From an uncultured Actinomycetota bacterium (GTDB lineage Bacteria > Actinomycetota > Actinomycetes > JAFAQI01): a stretch of DNA of 64,000 bases. Position 1 is the first letter of the stretch; every line of letters begins with the position of its first letter. Shown here one piece after another: positions 49,326 through 59,080 of the stretch. The stretch is taken from the NCBI GenBank assembly GCA_963770565.1, contig CAVYQE010000011.1:480001-544000 (forward strand), in the 5' to 3' direction. The notes under the pieces were generated by a model that made no database searches, was not told the DNA's origin, and was given only the letters and a program-made list of their open reading frames with translations. A program made the position numbers and the translations under genes.

Positions 49326-50473
49326 CTGCCGCCCGTCGCGTCATCGTCGAGGCGGATGGCGGCTCGCGCGGTAACCCCGGCCCGGCCGGGTACGGCGCCG
49401 TGGTTCGTGACGCCGAAACCGGTCAGGTGCTGCGCGAGGTCGCGGCCGGGATCGGGGTCGCGAGCAACAACGTCGCGGAGTACCGAGGCCTGATCGCGGG
49501 TCTCGAGGCCGCGCTCGACCTTGGCGCCGACGACGTCGAGGTCCGGATGGACTCGAAGCTCGTCGTCGAGCAGATGAGCAGCCGGTGGAAGGTCAAGCAC
49601 CCCGACATGAAGGTGCTGGCCGGCAACGCGGCCGGCTTCATCCGGCAGTTCCCGGCGGTGCGGTTCGTGCACGTGCCGCGGGAGCAGAACAAGCACGCCG
49701 ACCGGCTCGCCAACGAGGCGATGGACGACCAGGCAGCCCGACGCCCTTGGCAGCAACGCGGCGCCGGATCGGCTCGCGATCCGGTCGCCGCACCGGCCTC
49801 GGCCCGCAACTCGCTGTATGGCTGGGGCGGGCCACCCGGCGCGCCGACGGTCGCGATCCTGGTCCGTCACGGCGAGACCCCGCTGTCGGTCGAGAAGCGC
49901 TTCAGCGGTCACGGCGATGCCACGCTGACCGAGCGCGGCGAGGCCCAGGCGGCTGCGGTCGCGACAGCGCTGTCCGGCGCCGGGGTCGACGCGATCGTGT
50001 CATCGCCGCTTCGGCGCACCCGGCAGACCGCTTCGGCGATCGGTACTGCGATCGGCGTCGACGTGCAGGTGGATGACGGCTTCGCCGAGTCCGACTTCGG
50101 CGAGTGGGAGGGCTCGACGTTCGCCGAGCTCGCCAAGGAGCACGGCGCGCAGCTGCAGGCGTGGCTCGACGATCCCCGGATCGCGCCGCCCGGCGGCGAG
50201 AGCATGGCGGCAACCGCGGTACGGGTCGCGGCGGCCCGGGAACGAGTGGTGTCGTCGTACTCGGGGAAGACCGTCGTCGTGGTCTCCCACGTCACGCCGA
50301 TCAAACTGATGCTGCGCGACGCGCTCGATGCGCCGATGGACGCGGTCTTCCGGCTGCATCTGGACCCGGCGTCGGTGTCGGTCATCGACTGGTACGCGGA
50401 CCGGGCGTCCGTCGTCCGCCGGATGAACGACACCAGCCATCTGGGGGTTCTCTCCACCGGTTCGCACCACTGA
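49322..50473 (+). CDS. Bifunctional RNase H / acid phosphatase
   Basis: EADGGSRGNPG, NNVAEY and DSKLVV (RNase HI); RHGET and SHVTPIK (histidine phosphatase). Confidence 0.93.
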   Translation: MTAARRVIVEADGGSRGNPGPAGYGAVVRDAETGQVLREVAAGIGVASNNVAEYRGLIAGLEAALDLGADDVEVRMDSKLVVEQMSSRWKVKHPDMKVLAGNAAGFIRQFPAVRFVHVPREQNKHADRLANEAMDDQAARRPWQQRGAGSARDPVAAPASARNSLYGWGGPPGAPTVAILVRHGETPLSVEKRFSGHGDATLTERGEAQAAAVATALSGAGVDAIVSSPLRRTRQTASAIGTAIGVDVQVDDGFAESDFGEWEGSTFAELAKEHGAQLQAWLDDPRIAPPGGESMAATAVRVAAARERVVSSYSGKTVVVVSHVTPIKLMLRDALDAPMDAVFRLHLDPASVSVIDWYADRASVVRRMNDTSHLGVLSTGSHH

Positions 50474-50478
50474 CGGCT

Positions 50479-51723
50479 GTGCACGAAGCGGTTGCCCTGC
50501 TCGCGCTCGTTGCGCTGCTTATCACCGCGGTACGCCGGCCCAACGGGCTGCCGGAGCTGGTGGTCGCGGTGCCCGCGGTCGGTCTGCTGCTCGCGGTCGG
50601 CGCGGTGTCGTTCCATGCCGCGAAGACGGTCGTCGAGCAGCTCGGGCCGGTGGTCGGCTTCCTGGCTGCGGTGCTGGTGATCGCCGAGTGTTGCGAGGAA
50701 GAGGGCGTGTTTCGCGCCCTCGGCGGGTTGATGAACCGCGGGTCGAGACGGTCGTCGTCGCGACTGTTGCTCGCAGTTGTCGCGGTGGCCTCGGTGACCA
50801 CGGCGTTGCTGTCGCTCGACACGACGGTGGTGCTGCTGACCCCGGTCGTGGTTGCGACACTGCGCGCCAGCCGGGCGGCGCCACGCCCGCCGCTGTATGC
50901 GACTGCACATCTGGCCAACTCGGCCTCGTTGCTGCTGCCGGTGTCGAACCTGACCAACCTGCTCGCGTTTGCCGTCGTGCCGGTGTCGTTCGGCCGGTTC
51001 GCGGCCTTGATGGCCTTGCCGTGGCTGGTGGCGATCGTGGTGGAGATCGCCGGGGTGCGGTCGGTCTTCCGAGCCGACTTCTCGGCCGCGCTCGCGGCGG
51101 TTGACGATCAGCCGCGGCCGCTTCCGCTGTTCGCGACGACCGTGGTCGGGGTGACCGTTGCCGGGTTTGCGGTCGCGTCGTTCGGCGGGATCGCGCCGGT
51201 ATGGGTGGCGACCGCCGGCGCAGTAGTCCTCGCGGTGCGGCAGATGGTCGGACGGCGTACCGGTATCGCGGGGATCGTGCGGTCGACGTCGCCGTCGTTC
51301 TGCTTGTTCGTCCTGGGGCTTGGCATCGTCGTCAGCGCGGTCTCCACGAATGGGCTCGGCCGGGTCGTGGCGCATCTGGTGCCGGGAGGCAGCGGATTCC
51401 TTTCGCTGCTCGGTGTGGCAGCGGTCGCGGCGGTCCTGTCGAACCTGATGAACAACCTGCCCGCGACGTTGCTCCTGCTACCGATTGCCGCGGTCGGGGG
51501 AGTGGGGCCGGCGCTCGCGGTGCTGATCGGGGTCGACATCGGCCCCAACCTCACCTACCCGGGATCGCTGGCCACCCTGTTGTGGCGCCGCGCGGTCGCG
51601 GGTGTCGACGGCGTGCCTGAGATCGGTGACTTCACCCGGCTCGGGGCGGTCACGGTGCCGGTCGCGATCGTCGGCTCGACCGCGGCGTTGTGGCTCTCGC
51701 TGAAGGTCATCGGCGTGGGCTGA
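50479..51723 (+). CDS. ArsB/NhaD (ion transporter superfamily) permease
   Basis: LSLDTTVVLLTP, ANSASLLLPVSNLTNL, NNLPA and GSLATLLW. Confidence 0.87.
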   Translation: MHEAVALLALVALLITAVRRPNGLPELVVAVPAVGLLLAVGAVSFHAAKTVVEQLGPVVGFLAAVLVIAECCEEEGVFRALGGLMNRGSRRSSSRLLLAVVAVASVTTALLSLDTTVVLLTPVVVATLRASRAAPRPPLYATAHLANSASLLLPVSNLTNLLAFAVVPVSFGRFAALMALPWLVAIVVEIAGVRSVFRADFSAALAAVDDQPRPLPLFATTVVGVTVAGFAVASFGGIAPVWVATAGAVVLAVRQMVGRRTGIAGIVRSTSPSFCLFVLGLGIVVSAVSTNGLGRVVAHLVPGGSGFLSLLGVAAVAAVLSNLMNNLPATLLLLPIAAVGGVGPALAVLIGVDIGPNLTYPGSLATLLWRRAVAGVDGVPEIGDFTRLGAVTVPVAIVGSTAALWLSLKVIGVG

Positions 51724-51745
51724 CGGTGAATCTGCAGGGCTCGCG

Positions 51746-52528
51746 CTAGCCGCCCATCGTGGCGAGGGTGTCGCGCAGCACCCGGCAGCCTTCGCTCTTC
51801 GGGTCGAGGTGGACGAAGTGGTCGCCCTTCACCACCTCGAGCCGGCAGTCGTCGCCGGCCTCGGTGGCTTCCTCGACGTAGCGCCGGCTCTGGCTGAGCG
51901 GGACCAGCCGGTCGCGTCGGCTGTGGATCAGCACCGACCGCACCCCGGTCGGCAGCAGCAGCAACGGATCGGCGACGGCGTACCGGTCGGGTACGGCGGC
52001 CGGCAGTCCGCCGAGCAGGGCCTGAACCGCACCGCGGCCGAGCTTGGCCTCGGCGGCGACGGACAGCGCGACGACGCCGGCTTGCGGGATTGCGAGTGCG
52101 GGGCGGAGCGGGTCCGGGTGGTAGCCGGGAGCACCGGGTGAAAGCCGGTGGCGCGAGGCGAGCCAGGCGGCCAGGTGACCGCCGGCCGAGTGGCCGACGA
52201 CCGCGACCCGACTGGTGTCGACCCGGTGGGCAAGCGCGCCGCGGGTCAGGTGGTCGTAGGCGATCGCAACGTCGCTGATGGTTGCGGGCCACGGGTCGGC
52301 GCCGGAGCGGTAGTCGATGTTCCAGCAGAGGTAGCCCTGCTCGGCGAGGTCCATCGCGACCGGTAGCTCGAGATCCCGGTCGTAGTCGGTGCCCCAGAAG
52401 CCGCCGTGAATGAGCACGACAGTTGGACGTGGGTCGTCACCGGGTGGCGCATACCATTCGCCGACCTGGAGCCGGTGGGCGCCGTACGCCTCGACCAGTG
52501 TGGTGACCTCGGGACGTCGTCGTCTCAC
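51746..52528 (-). CDS. Alpha/beta hydrolase (esterase-like)
   Basis: IHGGFW, GHSAGG and GDHF. Start uncertain. Confidence 0.85.
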   Translation of the reverse strand: MRRRRPEVTTLVEAYGAHRLQVGEWYAPPGDDPRPTVVLIHGGFWGTDYDRDLELPVAMDLAEQGYLCWNIDYRSGADPWPATISDVAIAYDHLTRGALAHRVDTSRVAVVGHSAGGHLAAWLASRHRLSPGAPGYHPDPLRPALAIPQAGVVALSVAAEAKLGRGAVQALLGGLPAAVPDRYAVADPLLLLPTGVRSVLIHSRRDRLVPLSQSRRYVEEATEAGDDCRLEVVKGDHFVHLDPKSEGCRVLRDTLATMGG

Positions 52529-52596
52529 CCGGTGAGTCTCACATCTCCCGCACCCGCGCGTGCTGCGGCCGCTGCTGGGCCGGGGGAGCGGTCGGG

Positions 52597-53079
52597 TCAG
52601 ACCTTGGTCAGGAGGTTGTCGCAGCTCGAGGCATCGACGCCGGGCTTCTCCTCGACCTCGAGCTCGGTGAGCACGCCGTTTTCGATCACCGCTGCGTAGC
52701 GCGCCGAGCGGCGACCGAGGCCGCCGCCACTGAGATCGATCGCGAGGCCCATGGCTTCGGTGAACTCGCCGTTGCCGTCGGCGAGCATGACGATCTTGTC
52801 GCCCACGCCCTGGGCCGAGCCCCACGCGTCCATGACCCAGGCGTCGTTCACCGAGATGCACGCAATGGTGTCGACGCCCTTCGCAAACAGCTCGTCGGCG
52901 CGCTGGACATAGGCCGGAAGGTGGATGTTGGAGCAGGTCGGGGTGAAGGCACCGGGTACGGCGACCAGGACGACCTTGCCCTTGCCGAGTACGTCGCCGG
53001 ATCGCACCGCCTCGGGTTTCCCATCGCGGATCGTCTTCAGCTCGACGTCCGGGATCGCGCTGCCAAGTGTCAATGCCAT
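52597..53079 (-). CDS. Peroxiredoxin, Prx5/redoxin type
   Basis: VPGAFTPTCS, SVND, ADGNGEF and RSARYA. Confidence 0.92.
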   Translation of the reverse strand: MALTLGSAIPDVELKTIRDGKPEAVRSGDVLGKGKVVLVAVPGAFTPTCSNIHLPAYVQRADELFAKGVDTIACISVNDAWVMDAWGSAQGVGDKIVMLADGNGEFTEAMGLAIDLSGGGLGRRSARYAAVIENGVLTELEVEEKPGVDASSCDNLLTKV

Positions 53080-53191
53080 GGGGTCCTGAGCTCCTCGTGC
53101 AGTGGGCGCCGCTCACGTGCGCCCGTCGTTTGACTCTCTTGAGCGTAGGCGGCGCTGGCTCGGCGCTGATCTTCGCCGTACCCTGATCGTG

Positions 53192-53576
<385 letters not shown>

Positions 53577-53620
53577 TTCTAGGCCTGTGACCTGGGGTTT
53601 TACCTGGACCAAGATCGCTA

Positions 53621-53639
53621 AGTCCGCGAATAGTCCGCG
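53621..53639 (+). repeat. Putative integrase arm-type sites, left
   Basis: AGTCCGCG at 53621 and 53632 (11-bp spacing). Confidence 0.7.
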
Positions 53640-53656
53640 GGAACTTCGGAGAGAGT

Positions 53657-54734
53657 TCAGTCGGTCGCTCGGAGCGCCGCGTCCAGAACGCCGCGGCCCT
53701 CTTCCTCACTCGCGGGGAACAGGTGCCCGTAGGTGTCGAGGGTCTCGACGATGGAGGCGTGGCCGAGTCTGTCCTGGATGGTCTTGGGGTGCAAGTTGGC
53801 TGCGATCAGGGCTGACGCGTAGAAGTGGCGCAGGTCGTGGAACCGGGTGCCGGTCGGTAGCCCGGCGGTCTCGACGGCGGCGCGCCATCGGTCGCCGAAT
53901 GATGAGCGACGCACTGGGCCTTTCAGACGGTTGGTGATGAGCAAGCCGCTGTCGCCGGTCGGCCAGTCGCGAAGGTGCTGGGCGATCGCGTCGAGCAGTC
54001 CGTCGTCGGTCGGCACGGTGCGCCGCGACGCCCGGGTCTTGAGTGGCGCGAGGTGCGGGATATCACCGTTGCCGGTGAGCTGCTCCTCGACGTAGATACG
54101 CCGGCGCTCGAAGTCGACCCGGCTGGTCAGCAGACCGAGCGCCTCGCCCTGGCGCAGACCTGCGGCTGCGCCTAGCAGGACCGCGATTGCATATCGAGGC
54201 GTGATGGCGCTCGTCGAGGGCAAGAACCGCGTGCGGTGCCAGCGGCTCGACGACACGGGGCTCGACGCGGGGGAGCGGTACTCGCGAGCAGGGGTTCGCG
54301 GCGATCAGGTCATCGTCGACCGCCGACTGCATGATCGAGCGAAGCACTGCGTACGCGGTCTGCGTGGTGCTTGGCGCGAGACGGCTCGAGAGCTCGGCGA
54401 CGACCGCTTTCATGTCGGGGCGGCGTAGCGATGCGAGGGTGCGCCGGCCGATCAGCGGAAGGATGTGCGTGCGTAGGTGTGCGCGGTAGAGGTACTGGGA
54501 GTTGGGTCGCAGGTGGACCTGCGCCGGCAGCCACCGCTGCTCGACGTAGTCAGCGAGAGCGATGCGACCGGCGCTCGGGTCGACGTAGGTGCCGGTGACG
54601 AGGCCGGTCGTCATCTCGTCGAGCCAGCGTTGTGCGGCGGCCTTGCGGTCGAAGTGGCGGGCTCGCTCTCGACCTGATGGGTCGTGATAGCGGGCTCGCC
54701 AGTGGCCGTCCGGTCGTCGCTGAATGCTGGCCAA
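53657..54734 (-). pseudogene. Tyrosine integrase split by an apparent 1-nt insertion near 54215
   Basis: N-terminal half (MASIQRRPDGHWRARY, SAM-like domain) and catalytic half (LRQGE, PLKT, HDLRH, LGH, TYGH) lie in different frames. Could be a real mutation or a sequencing error. Confidence 0.85.
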
Positions 54735-54857
54735 GCCCTACCTCCGTCGAGGCGCGCACGCTAGCGACGGGTGCGCTGTCTTTGTGCTGGAGTCGAGCAA
54801 CATGTGGATGAGCCCAGGAAGTTGTGGATAGTCGGTCTGACGCCGCGACAGCGGGAG

Positions 54858-55040
54858 TCAGGCGCCCCCGGCCGGTGTGACCCGTCCCGCGGTGATGAAG
54901 GCCTCCAGGTCGGCGGTGTCGATGCGGACGTGGCTGCCGAGCTTGACGTAGGGGATTCGTCGCTCGGCGATCAGTCGGCGGATGAAGCGGGTCTTGGTCG
55001 CGAGACGCTCGGCGGCCTGGTCGACGGTCAGCAGGGTCAT
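54858..55040 (-). CDS. Excisionase-family HTH protein
   Basis: LLTVDQAAERL..IRRLI....IPYVKLG..VRI (HTH_17-like); AAGGAG RBS; upstream of the integrase. Confidence 0.88.
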   Translation of the reverse strand: MTLLTVDQAAERLATKTRFIRRLIAERRIPYVKLGSHVRIDTADLEAFITAGRVTPAGGA

Positions 55041-55087
55041 GGCGTGCTCCTTCAGGTTGTGACGGTGAGAACACGGTTAGTGCGGGG

Positions 55088-55367
55088 CGTCCCCACGAAC
55101 GTCCCCGCGAACGTCCCCACCGCAGGTCAGGACGCTGCGGTGAGGCGTCTCGACCGGGGTCGGAGCGGTGGACATGAAGGCGAGCATGCGCGTGAGGCGT
55201 ACCGCTGGGCGTACCGGTTGCCGTACCGCCCGGCGTACCGGTTGGTGTGTTTTCAGCGGGCGGCAAGTGCTCATGCGGCAGCGTGCACTCGGGGTGTACC
55301 CCCGGACGTACCCCGAGGTCCGCTGATCAGGTGGGGGTACGTCTGGGGGTACGCCTGGGGGTACGCC
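55088..55367. repeat. Four clusters of 12-bp-period repeats with a CGT(A/C)CC core
   Basis: 3 copies at 55088-55123, 4 at 55198-55245, 2 at 55295-55318, and 3 inverted copies (TGGGGGTACGYC) at 55332-55367. Confidence 0.85.
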
Positions 55368-55437
55368 TGGTGATTGTGACTAAGCAGCCCGACTGAGTAT
55401 GGTGGTCAGCGACGCCGCGCGGCCCTACGCTGGTTGT

Positions 55438-55668
55438 GTGCTCTTCGACCGCATCACCATCGAGCCCGACCTCATGGCCGGGCAGCCCTGCATACGCGGG
55501 CTGCGGATCCCGGTCGCGACCGTCGTCGCGATGGTCGCCGACGGCATGACGGTCGAGGAGATCCTCACCGACCTTCCCGAGCTCGAAGCCGAGGACATCG
55601 CGCAGGCGCTTCGCTACGCCGCGGCCGCCGTCCGGGAGCGCGAGCTGCCCTTGCGTCACCCGGCGTGA
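55438..55668 (+). CDS. DUF433 family antitoxin
   Basis: DRITIEPDLMAGQPCIRGLRIPV..ILTDLPELEAEDI..ALRYAA. Confidence 0.88.
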   Translation: MLFDRITIEPDLMAGQPCIRGLRIPVATVVAMVADGMTVEEILTDLPELEAEDIAQALRYAAAAVRERELPLRHPA

Positions 55669-56033
55669 GGTTCCTGGTCGATGCAAACCTCTCGCCGCGG
55701 CTAGCCGCGAGCCTTGCTCACGCCGGGCACGACGCCGTCCATGTGTCCGATGTAGGGATGAGCCGCGCGACCGACACCGAGATCCTGGACATGGCCGACG
55801 GACAGGACCGGGTGGTCGTCTCGGCCGACACCGACTTCGGCACCCTGCTCGCGGTCAGCAACCGACGCGGGCCGTCGGTGCTGCTCGTCCGGTTCACCAG
55901 CCCGCGGCGCGTGGAGCAGGTCGCGTCGGTGGTTCATGTGAACCTGCCGGCCGTCGCCGAATCGCTCGAGGCGGGTGCGGTTGTGGTGCTGGAGGATGAC
56001 CGGGTCAGGATTCGCTCGCTGCCGATGCGGTAG
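55665..56033 (+). CDS. DUF5615 / VapC45-like PIN-domain toxin
   Basis: RFLVDANLS, DAVHV, D.EI and VSADTDFG; GTGA overlap with the DUF433 gene. Confidence 0.87.
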   Translation: MRFLVDANLSPRLAASLAHAGHDAVHVSDVGMSRATDTEILDMADGQDRVVVSADTDFGTLLAVSNRRGPSVLLVRFTSPRRVEQVASVVHVNLPAVAESLEAGAVVVLEDDRVRIRSLPMR

Positions 56034-56226
56034 CCGGCCTCGACACGCCCGACCCCGTGCAAATTTCTCAACTTTCTTCTCATCTCAACTTCGACTCACT
56101 GTCACACTCCGCCTTTTTCCTCTACTTCCCAACGCTTTCCGCCACTTCCACCCTTCGATCTACCGCTCGTCTGACCGTCCCACGGCACCGGCAGACATGT
56201 GCATTTCCAATGCGTACGGTCACCGC

Positions 56227-58995
56227 ATGTTGTCGACCTCGAAGATCGGAACCGCGTCCTGGCGGTACTACTCCAACCAGGTGCAGCGCGGTGTGTGCGA
56301 GTACTACCTGGGTGTCGGGGAGGCCCCTGGCCGCTGGCAGGGCCGCGGCGTCGAAGCCCTCGGGCTAGAACCGAGAGCCGTTGTCGGCGAGCGGGAGCTG
56401 GAGGCGCTGTTCGGTCGCGCGCTGCACCCCACGACCCGTCAGCGACTGGGTAGGGCGTGGCGCGCGGACGGGGTGACTGGCTATGACTTGTGTTTCTCGG
56501 CGCCGAAGTCGGTCAGCGCGTTGTGGGCGGTCGGTGAGGGCAGTGTCCCGGGTGAGGTGATGGCGGCGCACCGCGCTGCGGTGGCCACCGCGCTGGACTA
56601 CTTGGACAGCCATGCGTCGTTCTCTCGGGTCGGCACGAACGGGCACACCCAGGTCGGCACGGACGGGTTCGCCGCCGCGGTGTTTCCGCATCGCACCAGC
56701 CGGGCGGGGGACCCGCAGCTGCACTCCCACGCGCTGGTAGTGAACAAGCTCCGCTGCCCAGACGGCGGCTGGCGCACGATCGACGGGCACGAGATCTACG
56801 CGCACAAGAAGTCCGCGGGGACGGTGTATCAGGCCGCGTTGCGCAACGAGCTGACCGGCCGGCTCAACGTGTCATGGACACCGGTGTCGAAGGACGGTCA
56901 GGCGGAGATCGCCGGCGTCCCCACTGCGCTGATGAAGGCCTGGTCGAAACGGGCCGTGCAGGTGACCGGTGAGGCCGCCCCGGTGATCGACGCCTACGAG
57001 CAAGAGCTCGGGCGGCCGCTGTCCTCAGCGGAACGCACCGCGGTGCTGAAGGTCGCGGTGCTGAAGACTCGGCCGGGGAAGGACCCGGTCGACGTCGTCG
57101 CGCTCTCCGACCGGTGGACAGCAGAAGCCGCCGAGCTGGGGTGGGACGGGCACGGCGTGCAACGGGAGATCGGCAGGGCGAGCCAGCCGCTACCGGGATC
57201 CGCTGAGCTGGCCGCCGAGATGGACCGAGCGGTCCTCGAGGCGGTCGGGGCGGCCGGGGCGCGGCGGGCGGTGTTCACCCGGTCCGATCTGGTGGCGGAG
57301 GTCGCGACCCGGCTGCCGAACGGCGGGTTCGACGCGAGCCTCGTCCGCACGCTGGTCGAGCAACTCACCGATCACGCCGTCGGCACGCCCGATACCGTCA
57401 CGTTGCGCCCTCAGGTCGACGGATGTCGCCGTGGCTCCGACGCCCGCTATGCCTCCCGGGCAACGGTGGATGCGGAGCTGCGGGTCCTCGGCGTCACTTC
57501 TGGCGGCCGGGCGGCGGGTCTCGCGGCGCTCGACCCGGCCCAGGTCCGGCAGGTCGCGAAGCGCCACGGATTGGACGGGTCGCAGCAGGCAGCACTCGTC
57601 CAGGTCGCCGGGAGCGGTGACGCGGTCTCGGTGCTGGTCGCCCCGGCCGGGACCGGGAAGACCACCGCGCTGGGCGCGGCGGTCGAGGCGTGGCAGGCCG
57701 ACGGTTACCGCATTGTGGGGCTCGCACCGTCGGCCCGCGCCGCCGCCGAACTCCGCGACGCCACTGGCACTGCTGCGGACACCGTCGCGAAGTTCCTCCA
57801 CGAACACGACAAGCCGACCCGGCGAGGCGGACGCTGGGACATCGACCCGTACCGGCTCAACGCCGGGGTCGTGATGATCGTCGACGAAGCCTCCATGCTC
57901 GCTACCGCCGAACTTGACCGGCTGACCCAGGCGACGGGGGCGGCCGGCGCGAAGCTGCTGCTGGTCGGTGACCCAGCCCAGATCGGTGCCGTCGACGCGG
58001 CCGGCGGGATGCTCCCCGTCCTCGCCCACCGCCTCGATGCGCCGACCCTGGACACGGTGCACCGGTTCACCGAGCCCTGGGAACGGCATGCCTCCCTCCG
58101 ACTCCGGCGCGGTGACCCGACCGTCATCGACGACTACCTCGCCGCCGGCCGGGTCCACCACTGCCCAGATGAGTCCGCGGCCTATCAGGCAGTCCTCGCC
58201 GCTTACCTCGACGCGAGCACGGCAGGACGCAGGGTGTTGATGCTCGCCCGGACCCACCACGACGTCGACACCCTGAACACCCTCGCCCGCGCGCACGCGA
58301 TCGAGACCGGGCAGGTTCACGGACCGGTCCTGCTCGACGGGCCAGTCGAGTGGCGGGCCGGGGACCGGCTCCGCGCCACCCGCAACAACCGCACGATCAG
58401 CGTCGGCGCCGACTACCTGCGCAACGGTGAACGGTTCACCGTGCTCGGGGCTGACCGTCACGGACTGCACGTCCTAACCGTTGACGGCGGCCAGACCGCG
58501 CGACTCCCCGCCGAGTACGTGGCCGCACACAGCACCTACGGGTGGGCGACGACGATCGACGCCGCGCAAGGCGCCACCGTCGACCATGCGATCCTGCTCG
58601 CCCGACCCGGCATCGACCGCGAACACCTCTACGTCGGGCTCACCCGCGGCCGAAACGCCAACCACGTGATCGTCGCCCAGCCCACCAGCGACGTCGATCA
58701 CCACGGCCTGCCGAAAGCAGGGGTGCCTCGGGCGGCTCGGGAAGTCCTTGCTGACGCACTCAGTGGCAGCGGCGTCCAGCAAGCCGCCCACACCCGGCTC
58801 CCCGAGCACCAACAAGTCGAGCCGGCCGCAAAGCCAACAACAGCTCGGCCCATCGTTCGGCGGCCAAGACCGGCACGAGTGCCGCTCCGCCGGATCGAAC
58901 GGCCCCAGCGCACCATGGAACCCGACCACCACTACCGCGGCCTCACACACGACCACGGGCTCGACCAAGGACGCGACATGGGCCGCGGACGATAA
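56227..58995 (+). CDS. MobF (TrwC-type) relaxase fused to a RecD-like helicase
   Basis: N-terminal YY...YY, YDLCFSAPKSVS, HUH motif HRTSRAGDPQLHSH, AWSKR; Walker A APAGTGKT, DEASM, GDPAQ, AQGATVD and YVGLTRGR. Confidence 0.93.
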   Translation: MLSTSKIGTASWRYYSNQVQRGVCEYYLGVGEAPGRWQGRGVEALGLEPRAVVGERELEALFGRALHPTTRQRLGRAWRADGVTGYDLCFSAPKSVSALWAVGEGSVPGEVMAAHRAAVATALDYLDSHASFSRVGTNGHTQVGTDGFAAAVFPHRTSRAGDPQLHSHALVVNKLRCPDGGWRTIDGHEIYAHKKSAGTVYQAALRNELTGRLNVSWTPVSKDGQAEIAGVPTALMKAWSKRAVQVTGEAAPVIDAYEQELGRPLSSAERTAVLKVAVLKTRPGKDPVDVVALSDRWTAEAAELGWDGHGVQREIGRASQPLPGSAELAAEMDRAVLEAVGAAGARRAVFTRSDLVAEVATRLPNGGFDASLVRTLVEQLTDHAVGTPDTVTLRPQVDGCRRGSDARYASRATVDAELRVLGVTSGGRAAGLAALDPAQVRQVAKRHGLDGSQQAALVQVAGSGDAVSVLVAPAGTGKTTALGAAVEAWQADGYRIVGLAPSARAAAELRDATGTAADTVAKFLHEHDKPTRRGGRWDIDPYRLNAGVVMIVDEASMLATAELDRLTQATGAAGAKLLLVGDPAQIGAVDAAGGMLPVLAHRLDAPTLDTVHRFTEPWERHASLRLRRGDPTVIDDYLAAGRVHHCPDESAAYQAVLAAYLDASTAGRRVLMLARTHHDVDTLNTLARAHAIETGQVHGPVLLDGPVEWRAGDRLRATRNNRTISVGADYLRNGERFTVLGADRHGLHVLTVDGGQTARLPAEYVAAHSTYGWATTIDAAQGATVDHAILLARPGIDREHLYVGLTRGRNANHVIVAQPTSDVDHHGLPKAGVPRAAREVLADALSGSGVQQAAHTRLPEHQQVEPAAKPTTARPIVRRPRPARVPLRRIERPQRTMEPDHHYRGLTHDHGLDQGRDMGRGR

Positions 58996-59080
58996 CAACG
59001 ACCTATTCGACGGCCCGGGACACACACGAATCGCTCCGAGCCGGCGCTATCGCTCGCATGATTACTGACACGATGCAAAC

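Noticed and set aside
55088-55367. CRISPR array
   Set aside because: The units are 12 bp and tandem, with no unique spacers and no cas genes.
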